Below, one piece after another: positions 1 through 10,547 of a DNA stretch of 64,000 nt. Source of the stretch: Candidatus Hydrogenedentota bacterium (GTDB lineage Bacteria > Hydrogenedentota > Hydrogenedentia > Hydrogenedentales > SLHB01); NCBI GenBank assembly GCA_045863295.1, contig BTWA01000022.1:36366-100365 (forward strand). Reading direction: 5' to 3'. Made by a program: the position numbers and the translations under genes. Numbering within the stretch: position 1 is the first letter of the stretch; the number at the start of each line of letters is the position of its first letter. The notes beneath the pieces were generated by a model, which had not been told where the DNA came from, made no database searches, and worked only from the letters and a program-made list of their open reading frames with translations.

Positions 1-2
1 GC

Positions 3-695
3 GTGGGGGATTGGGGCGAGCGAGGCATGCCCATCGACGATCCGGCCGCTGTCGCGGGTCCTGATCTGAATTGGGAGGCCTTTCTCGGCGACGCGCCCAA
101 ACGTGACTTTGACGTCAGCCGGTTCTTCCGTTGGCGCATGTACGAGGACTACTCGGGAGGGCCTGTAACCGACCTGTTTCCGCATTCCCTGACTCCCGTG
201 GTTCACGCGCTTTCGCTGGGTACGCCGGAATTGGCCGTCGCGACCGGCGGGAAGTTTCGATACGAAGAACGAGAGGTCCCTGACACGTTCAACATGCTGA
301 TTGACTACAACCGGCTTACGGTTGCCGTGCTTGGCACGCAAGGCAACAACTGTCAAGGTGCGCACGGTCGCGGTGCGGGCGGACGCTGCCCCACGTTGCG
401 CGGCTGGGAAGGTACGTTAACGGTGGAACGCGTAGGAGACACAGCCGAAGACGAGATCGTGTTTCGTCCGGCAGAAGGCTCCAAGAAGGAATTGCAGCGA
501 TTCCCCATTGACCACAGAGAAAGCGTACAGGCGCATTGGCAAAACCTGTTGGATTGCGTCCGCACTCGGCAACAGCCCCATGGGGGAATTGACCTGGCAT
601 TCCACGTGCAGGTTGCCCTTCAGATGGCCGCGCTTGCTCATCGCGGAGACAAGACTGTCCGCTTTAACGCGGCAACCCAAAGCATTGCGACTTAA
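3..695 (+). CDS. Gfo/Idh/MocA family oxidoreductase, C-terminal part (5' end outside window)
   Basis: Motifs FFRWRMYEDYSGGPVTDLFPH, ATGGKF..EVPDTF and HWQNLLDCVRTR typical of the Gfo/Idh/MocA C-terminal domain; frame is open from the window edge. Confidence 0.85.
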   Translation: MGDWGERGMPIDDPAAVAGPDLNWEAFLGDAPKRDFDVSRFFRWRMYEDYSGGPVTDLFPHSLTPVVHALSLGTPELAVATGGKFRYEEREVPDTFNMLIDYNRLTVAVLGTQGNNCQGAHGRGAGGRCPTLRGWEGTLTVERVGDTAEDEIVFRPAEGSKKELQRFPIDHRESVQAHWQNLLDCVRTRQQPHGGIDLAFHVQVALQMAALAHRGDKTVRFNAATQSIAT

Positions 696-739
696 ACGGT
701 AATAGCCGGAGGTCCTGCCCCCCAGCCTCCTTTTGGAAG

Positions 740-1369
740 GTGGCTGACATGTTGTCGGTTGATGTAACCCGTTCTCTCAAGCATGTGTATTCGGCGACCG
801 GAATGGTGAATGAAGTGACGTGTCCCGCCGGCACGTATCTCGCCTGTGATGGCTCGGGAGATCCAGCAACTGATCTCTTCGCCTCGGCCATTGAGCGGCT
901 TCACGCGGTGGCCTATACGGCGAAATTTCAGTTGAAGGAAAACGCCGGGATCAATTTCAAGGTGCCGAAGCTCGAGTGTATTTGGCTGATGGAGGATCCG
1001 GACTGGACAGCCCGGGAAAACTGGCGCTGGCAACTCCTGCTCCGCGTCCCGCCGGAGTTGACGCAAAAGGTACTAAAGGAATCCTGCCGGACGCTGTCCA
1101 TCCGGAAGAACTTGGATGCGAGCGATATCACGCGCGTTTCCCGGGGCCGGGAAGTCGCGCTCCATATTCTTCACGTCGGTCCCTATGAAACGTTGGGTCA
1201 GTCCTATTCCACGATCATGGAATACGCATCTCAGCACCAGTACAGGCAAACGGGCCCGTATCACGAGATTTATCTAAGCGATCCCCGTCGGATAGTCCCG
1301 GCCAGACTGAAGACCATTGTGAGAGTCCCGGTTGCGGCCAAAAAAACAGATACAGTGAAGGAAAGGTAA
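740..1369 (+). CDS. GyrI-like small-molecule-binding domain protein
   Basis: DGSGDP, FKVPKLECIW, WRWQLLLRVP, LHVGPY and YHEIYLSDPRR..P.RLKTIVRVP motifs. Confidence 0.85.
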   Translation: MADMLSVDVTRSLKHVYSATGMVNEVTCPAGTYLACDGSGDPATDLFASAIERLHAVAYTAKFQLKENAGINFKVPKLECIWLMEDPDWTARENWRWQLLLRVPPELTQKVLKESCRTLSIRKNLDASDITRVSRGREVALHILHVGPYETLGQSYSTIMEYASQHQYRQTGPYHEIYLSDPRRIVPARLKTIVRVPVAAKKTDTVKER

Positions 1370-1372
1370 ACC

Positions 1373-2731
1373 ATGATTTCGAGAAGAGCTTTTTTGGGAG
1401 TAGGCGGAGCGATACCTCTGATCATTTCCGCCAAGGCCTATGGACTTGAAGGCCCAGGGGCCAATGATCGGGTGAATGTTGGCTTGATTGGTCTGGGTGG
1501 CCGGTGCCAGGAGATCGCAAAGACGTGCATGGGGATCCCCAGGATTCGGATCGCTGCTATTTGTGATTGTTTCAAGCCGCGTGTGGATACCTGGATGGCC
1601 GTGATGCCCGAGGGACAACACTGGAAGGGATATACCGACTTCCGGGAAATGATCGACAAAGAAGATTTGGATGCTGTCATGGTGGAAACCACGACGCATG
1701 CGCGAGCCTGGGTTGCATGTCATGCGATGGCCGCCGGCTTGGATGTTTACATCGAAAAGCCCATGTGCTTGACCATTGCTGAAGGGCGTGCGATGGTGGC
1801 GATTGCGCGCAAGTACGAACGCGTTACCCAGGTGGGCACACAGCAACGCTCCATTCCGCTCAACAATTGGGCAAGCGATCTAGTCAAGAATGGAACCATC
1901 GGCAAGATCAAAGCCGTATACGCGCCCAACTTTTTCGGGCCGGTTCACTGGCAGGACCAACCCGGAGAGGAACTACCCCTGGGCGGATCGGCCGAATGGT
2001 GGGACATCTGGTGCAATCAAACCACGCCACGGCCGTATCACAAGGAACTCCATCGGAACTGGGGAAAATGGTGGGACTACGATGGGGGCGGCTTGTCATT
2101 CGGTGTCACCGGCTGGGGCACACATAGCTACGATCAAATTCAACGCGGACTTGGCACGGACACTACAGGGCCCATCGAGGTCGTGCTGGAAGAGGCGGTA
2201 GCCGATCGGGGCACAGGAACGTTTGAGGATCGTGAAATTGGTCCTGAGGAAACCGGGGCGCCCTATTATCATATGGCAAAACCAGGATTTGGGCCACGCG
2301 CCAAGGTTCGGATGAAGTACGCAACCGGTACCGAACTCTTGTTGCACCTCGATGGCGACCGGGGACCTGGCTTGGGTTGCCGATTCGAAGGAGAGAGCGG
2401 AAGCATTGAAATCAATCGCGATCGTATATCAGCAAGTTTGCCGGAAATACTGGACAAACCCGACTGTCCGGCCACGCTCCAAGTGCCTGAAACACAGCCG
2501 CACATCGAAAACTGGATTGAGTGTATCCAAACACGCAGCCGCTGCAACGCGGACATTGAATTTGGACAGCGCAGTTCCAGCCTGTGCTATCTCGTGAACA
2601 TCGCTCGCGAGGTGGGACAAGTTGGGGCGGTCCTGCAATGGAATCCTGACACGGAACGCTTCACGAATAACGATGCGGCGAATGCGCTTCTATCGCGGCC
2701 ACGCCGCCCGGGGTATGAACTTCCAGCCTAG
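1373..2731 (+). CDS. Tat-exported Gfo/Idh/MocA family oxidoreductase
   Basis: SRRAFL twin-arginine signal, GLIGLGGR Rossmann motif, DVYIEKP, QVGTQQRS. Confidence 0.9.
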   Translation: MISRRAFLGVGGAIPLIISAKAYGLEGPGANDRVNVGLIGLGGRCQEIAKTCMGIPRIRIAAICDCFKPRVDTWMAVMPEGQHWKGYTDFREMIDKEDLDAVMVETTTHARAWVACHAMAAGLDVYIEKPMCLTIAEGRAMVAIARKYERVTQVGTQQRSIPLNNWASDLVKNGTIGKIKAVYAPNFFGPVHWQDQPGEELPLGGSAEWWDIWCNQTTPRPYHKELHRNWGKWWDYDGGGLSFGVTGWGTHSYDQIQRGLGTDTTGPIEVVLEEAVADRGTGTFEDREIGPEETGAPYYHMAKPGFGPRAKVRMKYATGTELLLHLDGDRGPGLGCRFEGESGSIEINRDRISASLPEILDKPDCPATLQVPETQPHIENWIECIQTRSRCNADIEFGQRSSSLCYLVNIAREVGQVGAVLQWNPDTERFTNNDAANALLSRPRRPGYELPA

Positions 2732-2732
2732 T

Positions 2733-3296
2733 CTAAGGAGCAGACTCAACCCTGCGAGACAACTCGGAGGTAAACGCTTTCATCCACCTTGAACACTCCC
2801 GTTTGTAGCGGCAGCAGAAAAGGTTGCCGCTGACAACCAACGGTGCGGATACATAGACTGCACCCGCAAATTCGGCGTCCAGTCTGCAGCGAGGTATCGT
2901 GGTTACTTCCCGTCCGCGAATCACGTCCGCGGCAGCCAATATCTCGATCCCGTGGCAGATAGTGGCGACGGGTTTGTTCTGTTCAAAAAAGTGCCGGGTG
3001 ATACGGATCAGCTCGGGATCATATCGGAGAAACTCGGGAGCGCGTCCGCCCGGCAATACCAAGGCCAGATAATGGTGGGGATCGACATCACGGAATGAAA
3101 CGTTCGAATCCATGGTGTAGCCAGGGGTTTCAACCGTAATATCCCAACCGGGATCGTGGTGATGCTGGACGAGATGATAGGTGCGCACTTCGGGCGCGGC
3201 GACCACGACCTCGTAGTCCTCTCCAAGCCGGTAAAACGGGACCATGGTGTCGATAACCTCTCCCCCGTCGCCGATAACAAGCAATATCTTTTGCAT
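2733..3296 (-). CDS. DJ-1/PfpI family protein
   Basis: GDGGEVID, LPGGRAPEFLR and ATICHG nucleophile elbow. Confidence 0.9.
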   Translation of the reverse strand: MQKILLVIGDGGEVIDTMVPFYRLGEDYEVVVAAPEVRTYHLVQHHHDPGWDITVETPGYTMDSNVSFRDVDPHHYLALVLPGGRAPEFLRYDPELIRITRHFFEQNKPVATICHGIEILAAADVIRGREVTTIPRCRLDAEFAGAVYVSAPLVVSGNLFCCRYKRECSRWMKAFTSELSRRVESAP

Positions 3297-3298
3297 GA

Positions 3299-4159
3299 CT
3301 ACTCGAATGCCTTGTAGATTGCCGCATTGTCTAAATCGCCAAACCCGGCGGCAACGACTTCGTCTATTATACTTTCATGCAGTGCGGAGAGCGGAGTTCG
3401 CGCTCCGCAACTTTCCGCGAGTTCCAGAATCAGCTTTACATCCTTGGCATGCTGCGACAGACGCGCCACGGCGGGCTCATACTGGCTGGAAATCATCTTC
3501 GGCCCTTTGGTCTCCATCGCAGTTGAATGGGTTTCCCCTTCCTTTAATACTTCCAGGATCACGTTCAGATCGAACCCACACTTCCGAGCCAACCCCAGTG
3601 CTTCCGCAAGTACCAGTCGATTTAACCCAAATACCAGATTGACAATGAGCTTCGCCCGGCACCCGGTCCCCGGTGACCCCATGTAATGTACACTTTTGCA
3701 AAATGACCGTAGCACGTTGTCGTACTGACTATTTGGACCAACGTCTCCAACAAGCGCGATGGCGCGGCCCTCGGCAACGACTTGACTGGACCCGGAAATA
3801 CAGACATCCACCAGATGAACGTTTCGCTCCCGCCGCAGACGCTCGGAGTCCGTTTCCAGGTCCTCGGGCTTGCCCGTCGTTGTATCGAGAAGTATTTGAT
3901 TCTCCAACAACGTACAAGCCAGATCATGACTGCCCCACAACAAATCGCGCCGGTCCTGCGAAGTCATGAGGCTCAGGATCACCAACCGGGTTTGGGCAGC
4001 TACCGCATCCGCGCTGGACGCAACATCGACCCCCAGCCTCGCCGCGTGTTCTGCCGCTTCGGCAGCAATATCGAAGCCAGAGACGCGAAATCCAGCCTGT
4101 AACAGCCGCGCCGACATCGCTCTGCCCATCAGCCCCAGTCCAATCATGCCGATATGCAT
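3299..4159 (-). CDS. NAD(P)-dependent oxidoreductase, 3-hydroxyisobutyrate/tartronate-semialdehyde reductase family
   Basis: IGMIGLGLMG, catalytic AKLIVN region, KDVKL. Confidence 0.88.
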   Translation of the reverse strand: MHIGMIGLGLMGRAMSARLLQAGFRVSGFDIAAEAAEHAARLGVDVASSADAVAAQTRLVILSLMTSQDRRDLLWGSHDLACTLLENQILLDTTTGKPEDLETDSERLRRERNVHLVDVCISGSSQVVAEGRAIALVGDVGPNSQYDNVLRSFCKSVHYMGSPGTGCRAKLIVNLVFGLNRLVLAEALGLARKCGFDLNVILEVLKEGETHSTAMETKGPKMISSQYEPAVARLSQHAKDVKLILELAESCGARTPLSALHESIIDEVVAAGFGDLDNAAIYKAFE

Positions 4160-4162
4160 GCG

Positions 4163-5155
4163 CTACTCGCTCTTCTTGTCCATCATGTTTACGCATTCCG
4201 CAAAGGCACGACTTCCATCAAAAGGTATCTCCGCTGCCTCGTCAAGAACGAGAACACAGAATCCGAGAGACAAGGACTCGCCGCGTTTCACTTCGGTCGA
4301 ATCTGGAGACACAGCGTTGTCGTCGGGCGCTGTCATGGCTTTTTCTGCAAACGGATTGGCGACCATCAATCCGTAGTCTCTTGTATGAAACCAAGACTTT
4401 CTAAAGTTGCCTGGACTTGGGATCATCATGACACCGACGCGACGCCCATCTTGCTCCCCGACATACGCACACCAGTCCGCTGCCTTGCCCCAGGTGCCAG
4501 ATTCGTTCGTACCGCCTTCACTATTCACAATTGACCCGTTTCCAAACTTCACGGTAAATCGAGTGTCAATTCGAACGCCCAACCCCATCTCCTCTTGATC
4601 GCCGAAGGAAATCGTCTGGCTATCGCCGGCCGGTGTAAACATGGATTGGGAAACAATACAGTATCCACTTGGCGTGGTCCGGATTGTGTACTCACAGGTC
4701 TCGGTGAAAACGGGCTCTGCGCTCACAGTGTCTTTACAGTAGACGTTGATGACGGAAAATCGCCCGATCCCCTCGCCTCCCTCCGGCGCTCGTACATATC
4801 TGGAGTGTCGCACTGGCACCTTGTTGCGCCAATAGTCATATCCGCTCACATCGCCAAAAGCCAGCCACAACCCAGGATGCAAATTCGCGTGGTCGTCATT
4901 ATCCTTGTTCGCAACAGGATCAGGGGGATACGGACGCGTAACCGTGATCCCTCCCCTGGTGCGCACGTCGTGAAAATAAGGCCGGCCAATAGGATTATTT
5001 TTACAAACGTACGATGCCACCGTCTCACCGTCAATAAGGATCTTCAATACCCCCGGTTCATCGCGAAATTCCACTATGTTCGCGCTGGCCAAACCGGCCC
5101 ACCTCGTCATCCCCAAAACAGTGGCCATCAATAGGGTCTGAGCAACGCGACTCAT
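4163..5155 (-). CDS. Secreted PmoA-like/DUF6807 family protein
   Basis: Signal peptide, RPYF, DDH..HPGLWLAFGD, GDQEEMGLGVR, WFHTRDYGLMVANPF. Confidence 0.75.
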   Translation of the reverse strand: MSRVAQTLLMATVLGMTRWAGLASANIVEFRDEPGVLKILIDGETVASYVCKNNPIGRPYFHDVRTRGGITVTRPYPPDPVANKDNDDHANLHPGLWLAFGDVSGYDYWRNKVPVRHSRYVRAPEGGEGIGRFSVINVYCKDTVSAEPVFTETCEYTIRTTPSGYCIVSQSMFTPAGDSQTISFGDQEEMGLGVRIDTRFTVKFGNGSIVNSEGGTNESGTWGKAADWCAYVGEQDGRRVGVMMIPSPGNFRKSWFHTRDYGLMVANPFAEKAMTAPDDNAVSPDSTEVKRGESLSLGFCVLVLDEAAEIPFDGSRAFAECVNMMDKKSE

Positions 5156-5167
5156 AGCGGCACACTC

Positions 5168-6721
5168 CTAATTGTGCGTTTCAGCGAATGCGGTGAGCGA
5201 TCGATCTGCATGTCGTCCCTTGCCGAATAGGAGGCTGAGAAGATACCCAAAAACAAATACGATGATGTTGCTGAATCCCATCAACCACCATTCATGCCAC
5301 CGGTACTTCAAGAACGAGATCGCTGATGGCAATTCAATCCAACCGTTTAGCGTGGCATAACACCACGTCACTCCAAGTATTCCTAGAATCAGCGCAGGAT
5401 TCAGCCCCGCTGCGTTTGCCCTTGGACAAAAGAACCCGAGAAAAAAGGCCGCCAATATACCACCGCCCAAAACGGCTCCAATCGTGGCCCACGCATCGAG
5501 CACAAAGGACATGATGCCCTCCGGGCGACGCGTGATCCAGGCGGCGAGCGCTACGGCCGCGCCGCCAGCAATAATGACGCACAGTTTGGAGACCCATAGC
5601 CTACGGCCTTCGTCTTTCCGGCGAGCAAACCGATCGTAAAAATCGCTTACAACGCAGGCGCTGAAACTGTTCAAATCCGACGACAACGTGGACATGGTCG
5701 CGGCGAACAAGCCTGCTACCACCAAACCGGTCAATCCCGGCGGCAATTCGCGACCGATGAAAGAGGGGAACACCTGATCGCCCTTGGTGATCGAGTCCGC
5801 GAGACGTTCGGGATGAAGATGATAGAAGCCATAAAGCAACGTGCCGATCATGGAAAAGGCGATCCAAACTATCATGCAGGCGCCAATGCTGACGAATGCT
5901 CCCTTGCGCGCCTCGCGATCGGTTGCCGAAGTCAGGTACCGTTGCACCATGGTCTGATCGGTGGCGTAACGGCTCGTGAAATGAAATATCCCCATCCACG
6001 TTATGACCCACACTGTCTTGTCCGTCATGCTGAATGCCGGGTTGATCAGTTTCAGCTTGTCCGCATCCAGTGCGGCCGACCAAATGGCCCCGGGACCTTC
6101 AGGAGTCGCGACAAACAAGATGAATGCAATGGTGATGATGCCCGAGGCGATCATCAGAAATCCTTGTATCACATCGGTCCATATGACGCCTTCCATACCG
6201 CCCGCAAACGTGTAAATCACAGTCAATATGCCAAGCGCGATAAGGATGCCGTCCCGATTCCAGCCGGTAATTCCGTTGAAAGCGAGCGCCATCGCCGACA
6301 TGACAATTCCGATTTTTGCGAAGTGTCCGACTAGAAATCCCACAGTACCGTACACACGCGCGAAATAGCCAAAACGTCTTTCGAGGTATTCGTAAGCGCT
6401 GATCGTTACTACTCGCCGGTATACGGGAATGATGAAAGCCGCCACCCCCACCATTATGAAAGGCGTCGAAAACTGTTGCATCAACACTTCCCAGTTGTGC
6501 TGGTAGGTGTGACCTGGAAATCCAATAAAGACAAAACTTGACAACAACGTCGCAAACATGGACATGCCCGCAGCCCAACCGGGGATTTTTCGATCCGCCG
6601 TGAAATAATGCTCCGCGGTTGTTTGGCGTCGCGCAAACCGTGTGCCCAGATACACCATGCCGCAGACGTAGGCAATGAGCGTGCCCCAGTCCCAAATCGT
6701 CAGCAAGTTTCTGTCCGGCAT
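5168..6721 (-). CDS. Sodium:solute symporter (SSS family, sugar/sialic-acid-like subgroup)
   Basis: About 13 hydrophobic segments; SAYEYLERRF, GGMEGVIWTDVIQ, DQTMVQRYL, AATMSTLSSDLNS. Confidence 0.92.
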   Translation of the reverse strand: MPDRNLLTIWDWGTLIAYVCGMVYLGTRFARRQTTAEHYFTADRKIPGWAAGMSMFATLLSSFVFIGFPGHTYQHNWEVLMQQFSTPFIMVGVAAFIIPVYRRVVTISAYEYLERRFGYFARVYGTVGFLVGHFAKIGIVMSAMALAFNGITGWNRDGILIALGILTVIYTFAGGMEGVIWTDVIQGFLMIASGIITIAFILFVATPEGPGAIWSAALDADKLKLINPAFSMTDKTVWVITWMGIFHFTSRYATDQTMVQRYLTSATDREARKGAFVSIGACMIVWIAFSMIGTLLYGFYHLHPERLADSITKGDQVFPSFIGRELPPGLTGLVVAGLFAATMSTLSSDLNSFSACVVSDFYDRFARRKDEGRRLWVSKLCVIIAGGAAVALAAWITRRPEGIMSFVLDAWATIGAVLGGGILAAFFLGFFCPRANAAGLNPALILGILGVTWCYATLNGWIELPSAISFLKYRWHEWWLMGFSNIIVFVFGYLLSLLFGKGRHADRSLTAFAETHN

Positions 6722-6764
6722 GGTCCATCCCTTGTCGCCGCCATTGAGGCGCCGGTTCCATCTA

Positions 6765-7709
6765 CTACCTTACCACCGTCTCTCCTGCGGCGATGAGTCT
6801 TTCACGCATGGCTGAAAGCGCGGTTTGATTCAACGGGCGCAACGGAGGGCGAGCCGTCGGCGAGGCCAGTCTACCTGTCAGCCAGGCGGCGGCCTTCATC
6901 CGCTGATGCGCATCCGCGGAAGGTTCGCCAAACTGATAGATCGCGTGTGCGAGCCGATCGACACGATCGCGCATGGACCGGGCGCCGGCAAGATCGCCTG
7001 ACAACGCCTTCCGCACCAATTCACAAATCAAATTAGGCGCATATCCGGCAAACCCCACCAACGCGCCGTCCGCGCCCTCCAACAGACTGGCCAACAAAAA
7101 CTCGTCGTGACAGGTAATGATGGAGACGTCGGGCGCGGACTCCTTCAACGAGACGTAGTCATGGTGGGCACGGGCCATATCCCGTGTGCCCATCTTGATA
7201 CTAACCACCGAAGGCAAATTTGCAATGGCTTGCATTTCCTTGAGCGAGTACCCGGCCTTGGTCCACGCGGGATACTGGTGAACAATTATGCCGATGTCCA
7301 CTGCCGCGCAGACATCCTCAAAAAAACCGATTGCAGTCGCGGTGCTTCGGCCAAACCGCAGCCAATGATGGGGAGGCATCAGCAGGATGGCAACGGCTCC
7401 CGCATCTTTCGCCGCTTGTGCCTGGTCGATCGCGTCGTGACTTCCCTCCGCACAGACGCCGCTAATGACCTTGACATCATGTCCCACGGCTTGTGCCGCA
7501 AGGGTGGTCACTCGCGATCGTTCGATGTTGCGAAGCGATGTAATTTCGCCGGTATGTCCGTTGACGACCAGGCCCTTGACGCCATCGTGGCTGGCAACCC
7601 ATTTCAGATATTGGGCGAGATCCTCCTCGTCCAACTCATAGTTATCACGAAATGGACACAGCGTGGCCGGAAAGATGCCGCTCCACTGTTCGCGAACTTT
7701 TTTTGTCAT
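6765..7709 (-). CDS. Dihydrodipicolinate-synthase (DapA/NanA-like) class I aldolase/lyase
   Basis: GIFPATLCPF, NGHTGE and Schiff-base lysine region SIKMG; ATG at 7709 chosen as start. Confidence 0.88.
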   Translation of the reverse strand: MTKKVREQWSGIFPATLCPFRDNYELDEEDLAQYLKWVASHDGVKGLVVNGHTGEITSLRNIERSRVTTLAAQAVGHDVKVISGVCAEGSHDAIDQAQAAKDAGAVAILLMPPHHWLRFGRSTATAIGFFEDVCAAVDIGIIVHQYPAWTKAGYSLKEMQAIANLPSVVSIKMGTRDMARAHHDYVSLKESAPDVSIITCHDEFLLASLLEGADGALVGFAGYAPNLICELVRKALSGDLAGARSMRDRVDRLAHAIYQFGEPSADAHQRMKAAAWLTGRLASPTARPPLRPLNQTALSAMRERLIAAGETVVR

Positions 7710-7958
7710 AGACACCCCCGCCCACGCATTTGAATACATACGATTATAGGCTGACTACTCTTGTTGACACCCAGCCGGCCCTTCGGGAAACAAAGGGTAC
7801 GCGGGTTATGCTGCCCAATCAAGTACACCCGGCTTGACAGGAACACAATCGCGGCCACATCAATGCCAAATTCCGGTCCAAAACCCGTCCTTTGTGATAG
7901 TCTAATCAAGTAGGGAATTGCCATCGGATGAACTGTACCGGTTGGGAGGGCCCTTGTC

Positions 7959-9371
7959 ATGTGCGCCGCCTTTACTCCTCGCATTGCTGACGTTCGTCAG
8001 AGATTCCTCGTCGTATACGGTCACTCCTGTGTTGCCTGCTTCGTTGCACTAGCGGCATGCCCTTTCGTGTTCAGCGCACCGGAGATCAACCGCACGTCTG
8101 ATCACCCGGGCCAACTCATTCGCATCCGGGACCCATTGGCGGGCGAAAACTTCTGCTACCCAACCGTGCCACACCGGCTGCCCGATCCGGGAGAATCCAT
8201 TGAAGACAGCCGATTGGGAACCGTCCAGACGCGCGTAACAGAGAAACCAGGTGTTCGCCATGAATACGCGCGCATGAGTCCGTTCAATGCGAATTGTTCA
8301 ATGATTCTTTTGCTTGACGTTCGCGATGGCACGTGGAATGTCTATCGCACGAAAAGCAGGCCGTACGACTCGGACGCCAATTACGTTTGCACGCTTCATG
8401 CCGAGGAACCACGTTGGGACGGTATTGGCACATTGTGGGCCACTCGGGACTTTAAGGTGCTTCAGATCGATGCGATATCGGGAAACGAAGTCGTGGTCAA
8501 GGATTTTAGCGACGATCCTCGGATAGCTCCCCTGCTTAAAGCCGAACCCGACCTCTATCGAATCACCATGAAGGACGAAGGCGAAGCATCAACGGATTAT
8601 CGCTTCTGGGCCTTCATAGTCCAAGGCGCCAATGATGATTATCGCGCAAGATACTTGCTTGTGTGGGACAGGCTAAACGACCAGATAACCGGACTTCGGC
8701 CGCTTGCCGTGGAGGAATCGCGTATTGACTGGATCGGCATGTCTCCACTGGGAACATGGGTTCTCATTGGCAGCGACCACGACAACGGCGGATCGTTTCC
8801 CGGCTTTGTCATGGCGGACAAAACATTAATGAACATATACCCGCTACACTACAGCACTGGCCACGCGGACGTCGGTCTGGATTCGATCAACCGGGAAGTC
8901 GTGGTCATGCAGAATGCACAAACGGACTTCATCGACTTGATCCCTCTGGATCCGGACACCCGGCCCATTCCACCGGGAGGAGACTATGCGGGCACGGGTC
9001 ATGTTCCGCTTGTTCGTCTGTTTTATGCATCAGACTCCCCGGCAGGATTGCAGTCGGGCGTACACATATCCTGCAACGTTGCCGGGTGGTGTGTGGTTTC
9101 CACCCACATGGAGGCCGGCCAGAAGGAGCAAAACTGGCTCGACCGGTCGATCATACTTGTCCGGCTCCAGGAAAAAAGTCCTTCAGCGTACTATGTGTCC
9201 AAAGTCCACGGTTCGTGTAACACCTATTGGCAGGAGACCCACGCGAGCATCAGTGCCGATGGCTCGCGCGTGGTGTGGGCATCCAATTGGGGATCGAATG
9301 AAGACGTGGCCCATGTCACGCTAATGGAACTCGCCCTGCCGCCTGGATGGATGAAGACACTGATGAAGTGA
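7959..9371 (+). CDS. Secreted hypothetical protein, probable beta-propeller (TolB/oligogalacturonate-lyase-like)
   Basis: Long ORF with hydrophobic N-terminal segment; C-terminal HASISADGSRVVWASNW propeller-blade motif; start uncertain. Confidence 0.6.
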   Translation: MCAAFTPRIADVRQRFLVVYGHSCVACFVALAACPFVFSAPEINRTSDHPGQLIRIRDPLAGENFCYPTVPHRLPDPGESIEDSRLGTVQTRVTEKPGVRHEYARMSPFNANCSMILLLDVRDGTWNVYRTKSRPYDSDANYVCTLHAEEPRWDGIGTLWATRDFKVLQIDAISGNEVVVKDFSDDPRIAPLLKAEPDLYRITMKDEGEASTDYRFWAFIVQGANDDYRARYLLVWDRLNDQITGLRPLAVEESRIDWIGMSPLGTWVLIGSDHDNGGSFPGFVMADKTLMNIYPLHYSTGHADVGLDSINREVVVMQNAQTDFIDLIPLDPDTRPIPPGGDYAGTGHVPLVRLFYASDSPAGLQSGVHISCNVAGWCVVSTHMEAGQKEQNWLDRSIILVRLQEKSPSAYYVSKVHGSCNTYWQETHASISADGSRVVWASNWGSNEDVAHVTLMELALPPGWMKTLMK

Positions 9372-9410
9372 CCGGATTCTCACGGATGGAATCCGGGATT
9401 TGCAGTGCCC

Positions 9411-10547
9411 TCATTCGGATTCATAGAACCACGAAATATCGGCGATGGCGAGTTTCAGGTGAATGCGGTCATCGCCCATACGGCCGTTCTCGTGATAGCG
9501 GCTGGTCCAGTAATTGATTACGGCTCTTCCGCTGGATGTAAACGCTATTCCGGGATTGGTAAAGGCATGATCCGGATCGTTTTCTATGACCCGCATGGGA
9601 CCCCACGTTACCCCCTCATCCTTGGATACGGCTGCCACAAGGGGCGTGCGCTTTCCCCCATGGGAATAGGCATCGGGTTCGAAGTTGTCATTCCATAAAA
9701 GCAACAGATCGCCGGTGGAGGGTATCCGGCTCAGTGCAGGACATGACTCCGGCGCACGAAACCCCATGCTCTCCCCCGGGGACCACGTCTGCCCTTGGTC
9801 GGCCGAGTGCGATCGGTAAAGGCTGCCCATTTGCGTTCGCACAACCATCAGGTAACGGCTATCCTTCAATGATTCAATATGAGCTTCCATGGCCCCGCGT
9901 TTGGGTACTCTGCACCACTCCTGACTCAAGCGCCACGTTTTACCACCATCCACGCTGACGCATGCTCCCCCCTCGTGCCGATCCCCTTCGGCCTTGCTGC
10001 CGTAGTCGCGGGTAACCGGTTGAACGAGCACCCCACCGGAAAAGACCTTCAGCGTACTGCTGGCGAATTGCACGGGCAATTCGTTCCACAACTCGCCAAC
10101 GGGCTCAAATGTTTTGCATTCGTCCCGGCTCACCAGACAAAACGCCGAGGTCGGCGGATACACCTTGTCTCCGGCCTTTTCGAACGAGTGATAGATCATA
10201 TACGTGAGCAGGATCGATCGGTCAGGCATGCGGACAAGGCTGGGAGAATAGCAATTTGTGCTGCCTTCGGGCGTCTCAATCAAAACTCTGTAGTCTTGCC
10301 AAGTATACCCGCCATCGACTGACCGCTTGGACGCAATGCAGTTCGGCGAAAAATCGCTGTCCCCAGTGCCGCCCTGCCGATACTCCTGCCACGCAATAAA
10401 CAGGCTGCCGTCGGACAACTCCACTATCGCGGCCTCGGAATGCCTCGGATGCCCTTCTGTGGCTTCCGCAAACATCACCGTATCTATCTTGGGTGCCCCG
10501 TGTGAAAGGCTCAATAAAGCTAAAAAAGGAAGAACTACCCAAACCAT
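9411..10547 (-). CDS. BNR/Asp-box repeat sialidase-family protein
   Basis: Asp-boxes SVDGGYTW, SVDGGKTW, SADQGQTW, SKDEGVTW; signal peptide from ATG 10547 with GGAGA RBS. Confidence 0.88.
   Translation of the reverse strand: MVWVVLPFLALLSLSHGAPKIDTVMFAEATEGHPRHSEAAIVELSDGSLFIAWQEYRQGGTGDSDFSPNCIASKRSVDGGYTWQDYRVLIETPEGSTNCYSPSLVRMPDRSILLTYMIYHSFEKAGDKVYPPTSAFCLVSRDECKTFEPVGELWNELPVQFASSTLKVFSGGVLVQPVTRDYGSKAEGDRHEGGACVSVDGGKTWRLSQEWCRVPKRGAMEAHIESLKDSRYLMVVRTQMGSLYRSHSADQGQTWSPGESMGFRAPESCPALSRIPSTGDLLLLWNDNFEPDAYSHGGKRTPLVAAVSKDEGVTWGPMRVIENDPDHAFTNPGIAFTSSGRAVINYWTSRYHENGRMGDDRIHLKLAIADISWFYESE

Noticed and set aside
4163..5155. Methane monooxygenase subunit
   Set aside because: The PmoA-like label here refers to a soluble secreted family; the protein has no multi-TM profile and no pmoB/pmoC neighbours
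7890..7910. TTGTGATAGTCTAATCAA as an operator for the catabolic operon
   Set aside because: Single imperfect palindrome with no second copy or adjacent regulator; insufficient support
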